From Guillardia theta CCMP2712 (taxonomy: Eukaryota; Protista; Cryptophyta), in NCBI RefSeq assembly GCF_000315625.1, contig NW_005434582.1, positions 62,001 through 126,000 of the forward strand: a DNA stretch of 64,000 nt. The letters run 5' to 3'. This document shows, piece by piece, positions 1 through 10,614 of the stretch. How positions within the stretch are numbered: the stretch's first letter is position 1; each line of letters opens with the position of its first letter. The notes below the pieces were generated by a model, which worked only from the letters and a program-made list of their open reading frames with translations, searched no databases and was not told where the DNA came from. The position numbers and the translations under genes are program-made.

Positions 1-98
1 CTCCTTACCTGGGCCTAAACCCTCCTCTCCTTCGGCTCGTGTCTCTTTCTCCTCCTCCCCCTCCCTTTCCTCTCGTCCTTCTCATCTGCTCCTCGCAG

Positions 99-1281
99 TC
101 TGCGACATAGGATTCTCAGAGGCCAACGCTGCCGTTGTCTGCCGCCAGCTCGGCTGCCCCGCGGCCGGAGAGGTCATGAAGGGCTTCGGGCGAGGGACTG
201 GCATGATCTGGATGGACGGGGTGCAGTGCCAGGGATCAGAGGGAAAGATTCAGAACTGTCCCTCCAACGGATGGGGGAGGCACGACTGTACCCACGAGGA
301 TGACGTAGGGGTCTGCTGCCGGGACGGCTGCGGGGTACCTCCTCCTCCTCCTGTGCCGGAGGATGATGAGGAATACGACGAGAATGATCCCGAGCACCGG
401 AGAAGAGTGGAAATTCCTCCTCCTCTCCCTGTCCGACTCGTTGGCTGCACTGCGACCTCGGTACCCGCTCTGCCTCTTATACCTTGATTGTTCTCCTCCA
501 GCTCGACGATTTCCTCCCCCATCCTGGTTTCCCTCCTCCCTCCCTTGCTCCTCCTTTTCTCTGGTTCCTCGTTCTCCTGCTGGTATCTTGCGCCCCCCCC
601 CCCCCCGTCCACTCCTCGATTCCCTTTCCTCCACTCATGCTCTTTGACAGTCTGTGGGAGGATGCTGTCGTGTAGAGATCAAGTACAGTGGAATGTGGGG
701 AACAGGTTGGTAGAGCTGGAAGCGTTGGCGCGAACTGACAAGCGTCTAGTGTGCGATGATGGCTTCAGCGATGCCAACGCTGCAGTTGTGTGCCGACAGG
801 TTGGATGCTCGGCGGTAAGGAGAGGAGAGGAGAGGAGAGGAGAGGAGAGGAGAGGAGAGGAGAGGAGAGGAGAGGAGAGGAAAAGAGAGGAAAAGAGAGG
901 AGAGAAAAGGGTGAGGGGGGGAGAGGGAGAGGAAGGGAAGGGAAGCGAAAGTGAGGAGATGAAATAAGTTGATTGGAGGGTAGAATGGAGGAAGTGAAAA
1001 ATCTAATCCACATCTGACCCGCTTCTCTCTCTCCAGCGTCTCTCGCCCCTCGTTCGGCAGCAAGGAAGAACTTCCTATCTGGATGAGCCGCGTGAGCTGT
1101 ACAGGGCAGGAGGTGAGGAGGAGGGAAAAGGAGGGAGACGGGCTAGAGTTGACGCGCAGAGCAGGACGGGATCTCAAACTGCAAGTTCGCTGGATGGGGC
1201 AAGCATGATTGCGCTCATTATCATGATGTTGGAGTTTGCTGCAACCCTGGATGTGCTGCGCAGGACGCCGGAGTAGTCTGA
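99..1281 (+). CDS. Scavenger receptor cysteine-rich (SRCR) domain protein, 3' exons (two SRCR repeats; 5' end outside window)
   Basis: Spliced translation gives VCDxGFSxANAAVVCRQ(L/V)GC, IWMDGVQCQGSE..IQNC...GWGRHDCTHEDDVGVCC, and a second repeat ending GWGKHDCAHYHDVGVCC; TGA at 1279-1281. Confidence 0.85.
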
Positions 1282-1491
1282 TGAGGATGGAGGACACAAG
1301 TGGGAAGGAGGAGAAAAGGAGAGGGAAAGTTGGAGGAGGAGGAGTGTGGTTTCGGTGAGGGATTGGGCAAGATAGCCATGTTGCTGATTGCGGTAGGACG
1401 TGAGAACACGCGTTTATTAGTGTTGATAGTCGTGTACTCTTGAACTCCAATCCCACGTGAGCAGCACGTATCTTGTTGTATATTTTACAGA

Positions 1492-4002
1492 TCAAACGTC
1501 TTCTAGAGTACGACTCAATAAAGTTAAGATCTGGTCTACTCTCGTTGTTAACATGTCCAACTTGACATCTTGAGATTTTAGCATCTCCTCATGCTCCTTC
1601 ATCTTCCTCATCATTGCACTTATCACATCTCCTCCTCCTCCTCCTCCTCCTCCTCCACATCCACATCCATTCTCATGACTCCCTTCTCGCGCCCCCCCAT
1701 TGGCCCCATTGGCCTTCTCGTCTCCCACACCGGCGTATCCTCCCATCTCTCCCTCCTCCCACTCCTTCACGCTCGAGCTCCCCAACGACGTCTGCCTCCT
1801 CAGCTTGTTAAAGCTCTGCTTCTTGCCGAGCAGCGTCGGACTAGAACCTTCCACCGCCCCGTCCGCCCGCGCGTACTTCTTCATACGAGAGCTGCTGATT
1901 TGCTGCATTCTTTGCGTCGCCCTCAGCCACAAGTCCGTGCTGGAGGACTCCTGGTCCGGGTACTCCCTCCTGTACTTCCTGAGCACATGCATGACCATCT
2001 CTTGCCACCTCCGCACCGACACGTCCGTCCATGCCTCCTCCTCCGGCGGCCTCCGACTGTGAGCGAAGGAGCAGCCGTCGAGCTCGTTCTCAGACGACGC
2101 GAGGCTGTCCGAGCCCTGCTGAGGAGGAGTTTCATTCTCATGCACGGGGAGCCAGAACTCATCCTGGGCCCTCTGTTGTTGTTGTTGTTGCTGCAGCTGC
2201 AGCTGCTGCTGTTGCTGTTGCTGCTGCTTGCGCTGTTGTAACCCTGCTAGCATTTCCTGCCGGATGCTGTCGGGGTAGCCGGAAAGAACATACTCGAAGC
2301 TTTCCTTGGACAGGAAGTAGCAGTGAACGAGCGTGATGGCAACAAACTCCTCCATATCGTTGGGATGAACGTCGCCACTCTCCTCCTCCTCGCTCCCCTC
2401 TCCTTCCCCGGCCTTAGGGGCGGGTGTGAGGAGGGAGCGCTCGCCGAAGTAGTCTCCGGGGTGGAAGGTGGAGACGAACTCGTTATCGCGGACGAGGATG
2501 ACGGTGCCGGAGACGAGGATGTAGAGATCCGTGTGGCGGGAGGTGGCGACGGGGACGAAAGGAGCGTACAGCTTCGTGGTCATGCGGGACCAGAGGTCGA
2601 CTAGAAAGTTCTCCTTGCTGTAGTCCTGGATGCTCTGGAACAAGGGGATCTGCAAGAGCAGGTCATGCTGGAGGAAGAGGACGAGGTGGTTGTGGAGGTT
2701 GGCTGGAGTGAGCTGGAGAGTCTTGCTCCTCGCTACCTGCCCCTGCTTCGTGCGGATCATGAAGTCAGCCCAGCGCACAATCTTCTTCTCCACAGCATGA
2801 GGAACGTCCTCGGCCCGCAGGAACTCGATCACCGATCCGATCTCGTTCTCCCTCTCCCTCGAGTTGAGGTTTATCCTCTGCACCGCGTCCTGCACTTCAG
2901 CAAGGAGGGTGCCGAAGATCAGGACACCGCAGTAGAAGAGGCAAACACAGTAGATTCTCTCCGCAGCGTTGTCCCCCGAAATGTCGCCGAAGCCGATGGT
3001 GCAGAACACTGTGTTGACAAAGTAGAAGCAGAGGACGTAGCGGTCGAACAGGCCAGCAGTGGTCAGGTTGTTCTTCTCGAGGAAGAGTGTGCGCTGCTCC
3101 TCGGTGTTGGTCAGCTCCTTGATGAGCCAGAAGCAGCAGGCGGACACGTGGACGAGGAGGCAGATGAAGAGCATGGTCTTGATCATCCTGAGAGCAAAGG
3201 GCGGGAGCCGGAAGTACTCCCCTGCAGCAGCAAGGAGGTCCAACACCTTGCCGAACTTGAGGGTCTTCAGCAGCCGAGCTATTCTCAGAGGCTTCAGGGA
3301 CCTCAGCACGCGGCCGAAGGAGGCGGGAACGTAGTCTTTGTGATTAGAGTCGTGCAGGCAGGACTTGTACAGGGCGTACTCGTAGTAGGAGACAGGGACA
3401 GAGGTCACCAGGTCGAAGAAGAAGCCGGTGCGGAGGTAGTGGCTGACGGTCCTCTGGAAGTCGTCCTTGTACTCTCCTTTCTCCATGAAGCCAACGAAGA
3501 ACGTGAGAAGAATCTCGGCGATGAAGAAGGTGTCGACGAACATGTCGAACTCCAGGGTCATGTTCTTTTGACACGGGTCCTGGTTCCACAGGAAGCCAAC
3601 GGTGAACGAGCTGACGACCCCCGTGTAGACGAGGAGGGATGCGGAGAGGGTCGTCACAGCGATCCAGAAAGGAGAGTATGGGTGGATCAAGCGGGAGCCG
3701 GGTAGCCCAGCATGCTGCGGCCCGATGCCAAAAATCCTCTTCTTCCAACCTCCCGAAGCACGCATCTTGTACTTTGCCTGCTCGATAGCATACTGCTTCT
3801 CAAGGATGGCCATCCTCTCCAGCCTGTGGCTCATAATGTCTGACGGAGCGTAGCTTCCCTCCTTGACTGACTTCTTTCTCTTATGAAGTTGCTCCTTGCC
3901 GTCAAATTCATGTGATACCGAAAAGCCAAACGACCAAGATTTCTCCAACGTCTCCTCATTGTGAGCTATAGCTTTCCGCGCAGATGCTAAGTTTCGGAAC
4001 AT
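1492..4002 (-). CDS. Voltage-gated K+ channel of the CNG/HCN/EAG type with C-terminal cNMP-binding-like domain, intronless, 836 aa
   Basis: Hydrophobic TM segments, basic S4 (RVLRSLKPLRIARLLKTLK), pore TVFCTIGFGD, C-linker, CNBD (LYILVSGTV...GDYFGE), polyQ and coiled-coil tail. Confidence 0.92.
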   Translation of the reverse strand: MFRNLASARKAIAHNEETLEKSWSFGFSVSHEFDGKEQLHKRKKSVKEGSYAPSDIMSHRLERMAILEKQYAIEQAKYKMRASGGWKKRIFGIGPQHAGLPGSRLIHPYSPFWIAVTTLSASLLVYTGVVSSFTVGFLWNQDPCQKNMTLEFDMFVDTFFIAEILLTFFVGFMEKGEYKDDFQRTVSHYLRTGFFFDLVTSVPVSYYEYALYKSCLHDSNHKDYVPASFGRVLRSLKPLRIARLLKTLKFGKVLDLLAAAGEYFRLPPFALRMIKTMLFICLLVHVSACCFWLIKELTNTEEQRTLFLEKNNLTTAGLFDRYVLCFYFVNTVFCTIGFGDISGDNAAERIYCVCLFYCGVLIFGTLLAEVQDAVQRINLNSRERENEIGSVIEFLRAEDVPHAVEKKIVRWADFMIRTKQGQVARSKTLQLTPANLHNHLVLFLQHDLLLQIPLFQSIQDYSKENFLVDLWSRMTTKLYAPFVPVATSRHTDLYILVSGTVILVRDNEFVSTFHPGDYFGERSLLTPAPKAGEGEGSEEEESGDVHPNDMEEFVAITLVHCYFLSKESFEYVLSGYPDSIRQEMLAGLQQRKQQQQQQQQLQLQQQQQQQRAQDEFWLPVHENETPPQQGSDSLASSENELDGCSFAHSRRPPEEEAWTDVSVRRWQEMVMHVLRKYRREYPDQESSSTDLWLRATQRMQQISSSRMKKYARADGAVEGSSPTLLGKKQSFNKLRRQTSLGSSSVKEWEEGEMGGYAGVGDEKANGANGGAREGSHENGCGCGGGGGGGGGDVISAMMRKMKEHEEMLKSQDVKLDMLTTRVDQILTLLSRTLEDV

Positions 4003-4559
4003 TGCTGCTAGGACAAGAGATTATCTCCCGATCCTCTTGCGTCGCTTCCTCTAAAGCCCCACAAGCACAACGACTGTCAATACACAACAGTCCCCCACAC
4101 CGTCACTGCACGTTGCACTGAGAAGCTTGCTCCCGATGAGAGCTGCTGTCACGAGCTCACTTGGTTCTCCTGCTTTCTTCTCGCGATCTCTACCATTGTT
4201 ACCTGCATGGTTCAGCAGCTTTCTCCTCCCTGCCGTCACTGTCCTTCATCCATGTCCCCTGGGCCATGGTGCAAGGAAATTCCCCCGGAAGTACTTGCAG
4301 GTTTTAAAACGTCTAAAACTATCACAGTTAATATTGGTACAAATGATAATATTACTAATACTTCATACCTCTTGTTGGGGCTAAATTTAGATCTTAAAAA
4401 TATTTAATAATAGCTCAAACCACATGGAAGTAAAAAAAAACAGTTTTTGACTACTTCTTTGTTATTTTTAGTTCCCGGTCCGTATCCCACTTGTATTTCC
4501 TAAATTTACTCATCCAAGGCCCTGGTACAACCGTGAAAACAACGGCTGAACCTATCATA

Positions 4560-5495
4560 CTGCCAGTCATGATCATCCTGACTCAGTGAGGAGTACGGCA
4601 CTGCACCCGGTGTCGGACCGGGCCGTACCTCAGTGACCGTGGCCGGAGGCCGGGCCCAACGGAGGCTCCGAGGCTCAGCGCCGCGGCCAAGTCGGCCCGC
4701 GGGACCGTTCCGGAAGCCCGGCGACTAACTTGCCGGCTAAACGGTTCCGGTTCAAGAGTCGGAAGTTCCGAGTTCCGAAGTTCTGAGTTCCGCCGGGAGC
4801 CCGCCCGTTCAACGCGGGGTTACGGCGGTTGGCCGGCTAAGCCTGCCCCGGGGGCCGTGCCCCCCGCCGGGCCGGCAGTCGGTCCCGCCGAGCCCCGGGG
4901 CGCGGCGCCTCTGTGCCTGAGCCCGGGGGCCCGGGCCGGCAGACTAAGCGGCGGGCGGCCCCGAGTCCGAGCTCGGAGCCCGGGCCGGGCCGACTCTCAC
5001 GGTCGGTCCCGGGGCCGGGCCGGGCCGGGCCGCCGGGACTCGGGGTCAGTCCGCCGCTCGCCTGACGGGCAGGCTCACTGACTCATGCCCGAATCGAACT
5101 TCCCCGGCGGAATGACTCAGTGACCCGGGACTCCGGGACGCCCGGCCTCACTCTCCGGCGACTCACTGAGTCAGGCCCTCCGACTGAGCTCGGATGGCCG
5201 GCGCCCCGGGCCCGGTCCGCCGGCCGGGCGGCCCGGCGGGTCCGCCGGGGCCGGGTCACCGGTCACCCGGTTTCAAGGCCGCGAGTCACGGCAAGTCAAG
5301 TTGGGGGACAGCAGTTGGCAGGATGGGGTTCAAGTTTCAAGTTTGGTTCTCGCTGTCTTTTCTCTTCTCCGAGTCTCGCAGCCGAAGTTCAACCGGCCAG
5401 CGCAACACTCAGACAGTGTCAGTGAGGGTCAAGCCTCCTCGACTCTCCTGATTGTCCTCGTACTGATCTTCAAGTCAACTTAACTTTGAGAAAAG
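4560..5495. repeat. GC-rich intergenic island (CCGG/GGCC/ACTCAG-rich) ending in a ~50-bp motif shared with other islands
   Basis: Composition; terminal actctcctgattgtcctcgta..tgat..aacttaac.ttgag.aaag also at 49268-49316 and partly at 38465-38496. Confidence 0.55.
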
Positions 5496-5839
5496 AGTCT
5501 GACCAGTATCGGACCAAAACTCGCCGGGAACCGTCCGCAATTCATGCTGATCATAGCCCGGCACATCAGACTCGGAGTTCATGATGCCATGATACCTGCC
5601 ATGATCGAAAAGCTTCTCTCAGCTTCATGCTCAACCATCATTGCCTAGCACCCTGTATCAAAATGCACGATGACCAAAGTACACGACCCGGATGTATATT
5701 TCTCATGACATCCGTCCAGGTGAAAAAACTGCAATGTACCTCCCCGGTCGAGTCCTCTGCCGATAAACAGACCCCCACAGAGTTGCGCAACCCCCTTCCC
5801 TACCGTCGACATGCACGCGGTCTGTTTATTCATACCTGC

Positions 5840-6238
5840 TCATTGCTCTATCGCCCTAGACATGTACGCGTTGTACACCCTCCTCACGTCCTGGTTCATG
5901 TCTGGCACCTTCACCAGCGTCCAGCTTCCTTCCTCCTCCAACGATGACTGCAGCAGCCTCCGCTCTGACTTCTTCACTGGCATGATGGGGTGGCGAGCAG
6001 CTGCAGGGCGGATGCCGCCAAGGAGCCTCGGGACGCTGTGAGCTGGCCAGACGGGAGGGGCGAGGGAAGGGTGGGAGGGGTCCAGGTCGTCGCTGGAGGA
6101 GAGGGAGAGGTCTGCTAGAGCAGGGAGGGATCTTGAGGGCTTGAGGGAGCAGTGCGAGGAGAGCCATGGGGGATGGGTGACGGCGAGGAGGTCTTGCAAG
6201 GCCTCTTGCGAAGAGGATCTTGGGAGTAGCTGCACCAT
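5840..6238 (-). CDS. Small unknown protein, family copy 1 (132 aa)
   Basis: Near-identical to inverted copy 7291-7695; homology starts at ATG (MVQ) with an in-frame 6-nt indel. Confidence 0.55.
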   Translation of the reverse strand: MVQLLPRSSSQEALQDLLAVTHPPWLSSHCSLKPSRSLPALADLSLSSSDDLDPSHPSLAPPVWPAHSVPRLLGGIRPAAARHPIMPVKKSERRLLQSSLEEEGSWTLVKVPDMNQDVRRVYNAYMSRAIEQ

Positions 6239-7290
6239 ACTTTGGGTCGGATCAAAACTTTTGGATTCTTGAATGCGTATTGCAATGTATATGTTTTGTC
6301 AAGGTTGGTGTTCAAGAAGCTCTTGTTGAACGAGTGTGATGAATTGTTTCTGTGACGATTTTCTTTCGTTTGCTCGGGATCGGCAGGTTTTTGTATACCT
6401 TGAGCTGGAGGAAGACGAAGGGGAGGGGAGGGGGCGGGGGGGGACTAAAAAGTGGCAGGGAGGTGCAAACCATAGTTGAGTAAAAAAGGGAGGCCAAGAT
6501 TTTGTTCGGTTCCAAATCACTCTTTTTCGAGTTCTTCTGAACCACCCTACCCCTCATTTCATTCATTTCAACCGGTACTGAGACCACCCCACCCTGTTCA
6601 ATCAAACATGGGTGACTTCCAGTGCCCGGCCTCCCAGGCCCCATCACTGTCATCATTCCGTACCCGTCCTCAACACTATACCAAGTACCGGTACGATACA
6701 TAAAATTAACCAAATTTATAAAGGGCACCGGGCCCCTGTGGCCGGGCCAGGACTCAGCAGGCCGGGCCCGGCCCGACCCTCGGAGCTCAGTAATACTTAC
6801 ACTGAATATAAAAGTGCTCCGGTCTCGACGAAAAAAACGTTTTTAAACGTATTAGTACGAAAGAGTCGCCAAGTGGCGGTTCCGAAACGATGTGTTTATC
6901 GCACCCGGCCCCCACACCACCCACCTCAAGCAACAATGTATGTACTCTGGTACCGGTACATTTAATGGAAGTGCGGCAGGGATTGACAGGGGTCCGGGGA
7001 CCATCGGGCAGCACAAGTTTCTCGCACCCTGCCACGTCCTGCCCTGGTCTTACAGGCCCTTCGGACCTTCGTCTGTAAGCCCCTGCCCTCCCTTGGTGCC
7101 ACGCCCTTCTCCTCCTCTCCCAACTTCACCCATTCAGGCTCCAGCTCAGTTGCAACAGTCTCAGCGGCCTCCTGACGGAAGTTCAAGAACATCTTTCCCC
7201 CTCCTATCAACCACTGAGTCCTCTAAGGCAGACGCAAGCCGAAGTGAAAGCCGTACTTGAACGGAGTCATTCATGATTCAGGTACAGGCT

Positions 7291-7695
7291 ATGGTCCAGA
7301 ATCTGCATCTTCCAAGATGCTCTTCGCAAGAGGCCTTGCAAGACCTTCTCGCCGTCTCCCATCCCCCATGGCTCTCCTCGCACTGCTCCCTCAAGCCCTC
7401 AAGATCCCTCCCTGCTCTAGCAGACCTCTCCCTCTCCTCCAGCGACGACCTGGACCCCTCCAACCCCTCCCTAGCCCCTCCCGTCTGGCCAGCTCACAGC
7501 GTCCCGAGGCTCCTTGGCGGCATCCGCCCTGCAGCTGCTCGCCACCCCATCATGCCAGTGAAGAAGTCAGAGCGGAGGCTGCTGCAGTCATCGTTGGAGG
7601 AGGAAGGAAGCTGGACGCTGGTGAAGGTGCCAGACATGAACCAGGACGTGAGGAGGGTGTACAACGCGTACATGTCTAGGGCGATAGAGCAATGA
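7291..7695 (+). CDS. Small unknown protein, family copy 2 (134 aa)
   Basis: MVQ...RRLLQSSLEEEGSWTLVKVPDMNQDVRRVYNAYMSRAIEQ; AATAAA just after the stop. Confidence 0.55.
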   Translation: MVQNLHLPRCSSQEALQDLLAVSHPPWLSSHCSLKPSRSLPALADLSLSSSDDLDPSNPSLAPPVWPAHSVPRLLGGIRPAAARHPIMPVKKSERRLLQSSLEEEGSWTLVKVPDMNQDVRRVYNAYMSRAIEQ

Positions 7696-7942
7696 GCAGG
7701 TATGAATAAACAGACCGTGTGATGTCGACGGTAGGGAAGGGGGTTGCGCAACTCTGTGGGAATCTCTCTAGTTAGGTGGATGTCACAAGTGCGTTATTGA
7801 AGTGGAGGAAGTGATGCACAGATCGAAGAAGCATTGTGATGCAGCACATTTGTGAGCTATGCCATGTTTTGGTGCATAAGGTTTGTTGGAAAACAGAAGA
7901 ACTTTTATCCTGAGGTATTCAAACTCATTACTCTTACTCAAA

Positions 7943-8365
7943 TCATGTTTTATTCTTGTTGTAGTAAATTTTCGGTATCATATAGGAAATGTACAGACTC
8001 CTCGCCTCTGGTCTCCTCGCCTCAGTCTCGATCCAGGTGTACCCGCCTTCCTCCTCAAGCGATGACTGCAAAAGCCTCCTGGTCTGCACCTTCCCGAGCG
8101 AGGGCTTGGGGGAAAGCTTCTGGAGCCTGATGCCAGCGAGGAGAGGGCTAGGCTGATGCGAGGAGGAGGGATGTGATGCAGAGAGATCGCTGTCGAGGGC
8201 ATTGAGAGAAACGAAGAATGAGCAGGGGCAGTAGGAGGGAAAGTATAGGTGGCAAGGATGGGAGGGATGCGAAGGAGGGATAAAGAAGAGACGACAAACT
8301 CTGTGCTGAGAGGCTGTCTTCTGTTGTACTCCTTGCAATGAGGCTTCGCTACAACAGCCCCCCAC
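7943..8365 (-). pseudogene. Family copy 3, partial or degenerate
   Basis: 7990-8202 is the reverse complement of 8830-9042; no in-frame ATG upstream, and the C-terminus diverges after RRPEAR. Confidence 0.45.
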
Positions 8366-9042
8366 TGTCGCCTTTCCCGATCAGTTTGCGTTGTTACTAC
8401 ACGGGCGCCCTCTTACTTGGTTCTTTTCATTTTTACTACAACAAACCGTGGCAACAGGTGTGTCATTCTGACATTAGATTAGTCGTTTCGCTGACAAACG
8501 CGAAAAATGCATCTAAATTTAGAATGTCATCCGTTGGTCACTGTAGTAAATTCAATATCCCAGCAGCAGCCCCCCCTTATTTGACCCGGCCAGGTTTGCT
8601 CCCCTCCCAAAACTTCCCACCCGCCCCCCTCCCTAAAGGATTCTTTCCTCGCTCCTGTGCCCCCTCCCGTGCTTCATCATAGCAATGGTTCAGTCTCCAA
8701 CCTCTCACTCTCCCTGCCACAACCTGCTTTCCTGCCCACGAGGACGCTCTCATCTGCAATGGGCTCTCCAATCCCCCAAGGAAGCCTGCCTCCCCTCTCT
8801 GCCTCCCTCCCCTGCCTCTCTTCCTCCCCATGCCCTCGACAGCGATCTCTCAGCCTCACATCCCTCCTCCTCGCATCAGCCTAGCCCTCTCCTTGCTGGA
8901 ATTAGGCTCCAGAAGCTTTCCCCCAAGCCCTCGCTCGGGAAGGTGCAGACCAGGAGGCTTTTGCAGTCATCGCTTGAGGAGGAAGGCGGGTACACCTGGG
9001 TCGAGACTGAGGCGAGGAGACCAGAGGCGAGGAGGCTGTACA
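7990..9042. repeat. Second inverted repeat, arms 7990-8202 and 8830-9042
   Basis: 213-bp arms, near-identical reverse complements. Confidence 0.92.
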
Positions 9043-9074
9043 ACGCGTACATATCCAGTATGATAGAGAAGTGA
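8685..9074 (+). CDS. Small unknown protein, family copy 4 (129 aa)
   Basis: Starts MVQ; ends RRLLQSSLEEEGGYTWVETEARRPEARRLYNAYISSMIEK, homologous to copies 1 and 2. Confidence 0.55.
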   Translation: MVQSPTSHSPCHNLLSCPRGRSHLQWALQSPKEACLPSLPPSPASLPPHALDSDLSASHPSSSHQPSPLLAGIRLQKLSPKPSLGKVQTRRLLQSSLEEEGGYTWVETEARRPEARRLYNAYISSMIEK

Positions 9075-9359
9075 GATGCTGTAATGAGCTTTGACGACTT
9101 GAAATATCATCATTGAATAAAAACTCATGGAAATTCACCAGTGTTTTCTCGGATTGAGCGCGTGATCAACTGCGATGCAGACAAATGATCGTTTACTTCC
9201 CTTCAAATCTACATTCAAGCTCCTCCTCTTCTCTCCTCTCCTCTCCTCTCCTCTCCTCTCCTCTCCTCTCCTCTCCCTCCTAACATACACAAGAGGATCA
9301 ATCCAAGCAGCGCCTTCTCCTCCTCTGCTCCCCTCCTGACTTCATCTATCCATCTACAC

Positions 9360-10435
9360 ACTCAGGGTCTTCACCGTGCACTCGTTGCACCTGCATCTGC
9401 CATGCTATCAGCGCGAGCAAGCACGAGAGTTCCTGCTCACCTGCCAGCTGTTGACAGCCAGAGGCCCAGCATCTCCACCTCGGATCCCAGGAGGCGGTAC
9501 CGGCGCAACTTCGGGCACTGGGAGGGGTCCGTTACAGGGAGCAGGAAGGGGTTCAGCAAGCTCACAGAGCGCGTTGACCATCTGGTGCATCTTTTTGCGG
9601 TACCTGTTGTCTTTCTCCTCCTGCAACCTCTTGCGCTTCGCCTGCAGGAGGAGGCGGTCAGCGAACGACCCCTTCAACAGCGCTACTTACATGCTTGTCC
9701 ATGACATCGATGCCTTTGTGCGGCTTCGCTGGAGGCTGGACGGGTCGATCAGAGCAGGAGAGAAGGAAGAGGAGGAAGAGAGAAGGAAGAGGAGTAAGAG
9801 AGAAGGAAGAGGAGGAGGAGAGAAGGAAGAAGAGGGTGAAGCTCAGGAGGATGAAGGAGGAACAGGATCAGGTGAAGGAGGAGGAAGGAAGAGGAAACAA
9901 CCTTGCCGGAGACTTCATCTAGGACGACTTCCAGGCACCTGCTCGCACTGTTGACCCATGGAATGCGATGTCGGGGCTTGTGGCCTTACCTGCAGAAGTC
10001 GTTCTTGTCGGACCAATATTGCCGTTCCTCCTTTGGGATCTACACGCCAAGTCACATCCTTGAGCTCCTCGCACACTGCTGACGTCTCACTTTGTTCCTC
10101 CGCTCCCGATCTGCCGGGGCCAGGCATGCCTGAGGAACCAGGAAGGTTGCGTAGTCTTGCCCTGCTCGAAGCGTCAGGGTAGAGGCGAGGGAGCGGAGAG
10201 GGGGGAGGAAAGCGCAGGAAATGGGGAAAGCGAGAGCAAGGTGGAGAAGGAGGAAAACATGGTAGAAAAAGAGAGGAGAATAGGTGATAGGAAGCATGAG
10301 GGGAAACGTGTGAAAGAAGGAGGAGGGGGGGAGTGAGATAGACGAGCATAACGGACGGAAGGAGCACAGGGGTTGAGGTCCCAACCGCAATGGAGCAATC
10401 TCCATCCGAGACGCTTGAGGACGTCGTCGCGATGA
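9360..10435 (-). CDS. Multi-exon hypothetical protein (boundaries approximate)
   Basis: Coding-like blocks (FADRLLLQAKRKRLQEEKDNRYRKK; ELKDVTWRVDPKGGTAILVRQERLLQ) separated by purine/pyrimidine-tract introns. Confidence 0.4.
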
Positions 10436-10614
10436 AAGACCCAGGCCTGAGAAGACGTCGATTAGATCAACAGAACGAAAAGATGGAAGAGGAAGAGGAG
10501 GAGGAGGAGGAGGAGGAGGAGGAGGAGGAGGAGGAGGAGGAGAAGCAGCAGCAGCAGGAGGTGGTGGTGGAGTAGAGGTCGAGCAAGATGGGGGAAGGTT
10601 GAAGGGAGGACAAG

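Larger units (their letters stand above)
5774..7760. repeat. Inverted repeat, arms ~5774-6239 and ~7290-7760, ~1.05-kb spacer
   Basis: Arms are reverse complements (e.g. cccacagagttgcgcaa / ttgcgcaactctgtggg) and give near-identical ORFs. Confidence 0.95.

Noticed and set aside
2665-3705. 346-aa ORF antisense to the channel (likewise 40930-42177 antisense to PTOX)
   Set aside because: Shadow ORFs expected from high GC3 codon usage on the real strand
4773-4783. TTCCGAAGTTC as a heat-shock element
   Set aside because: Spacing is TTCnGAAnTTC, not the nTTCnnGAAn pentamer register
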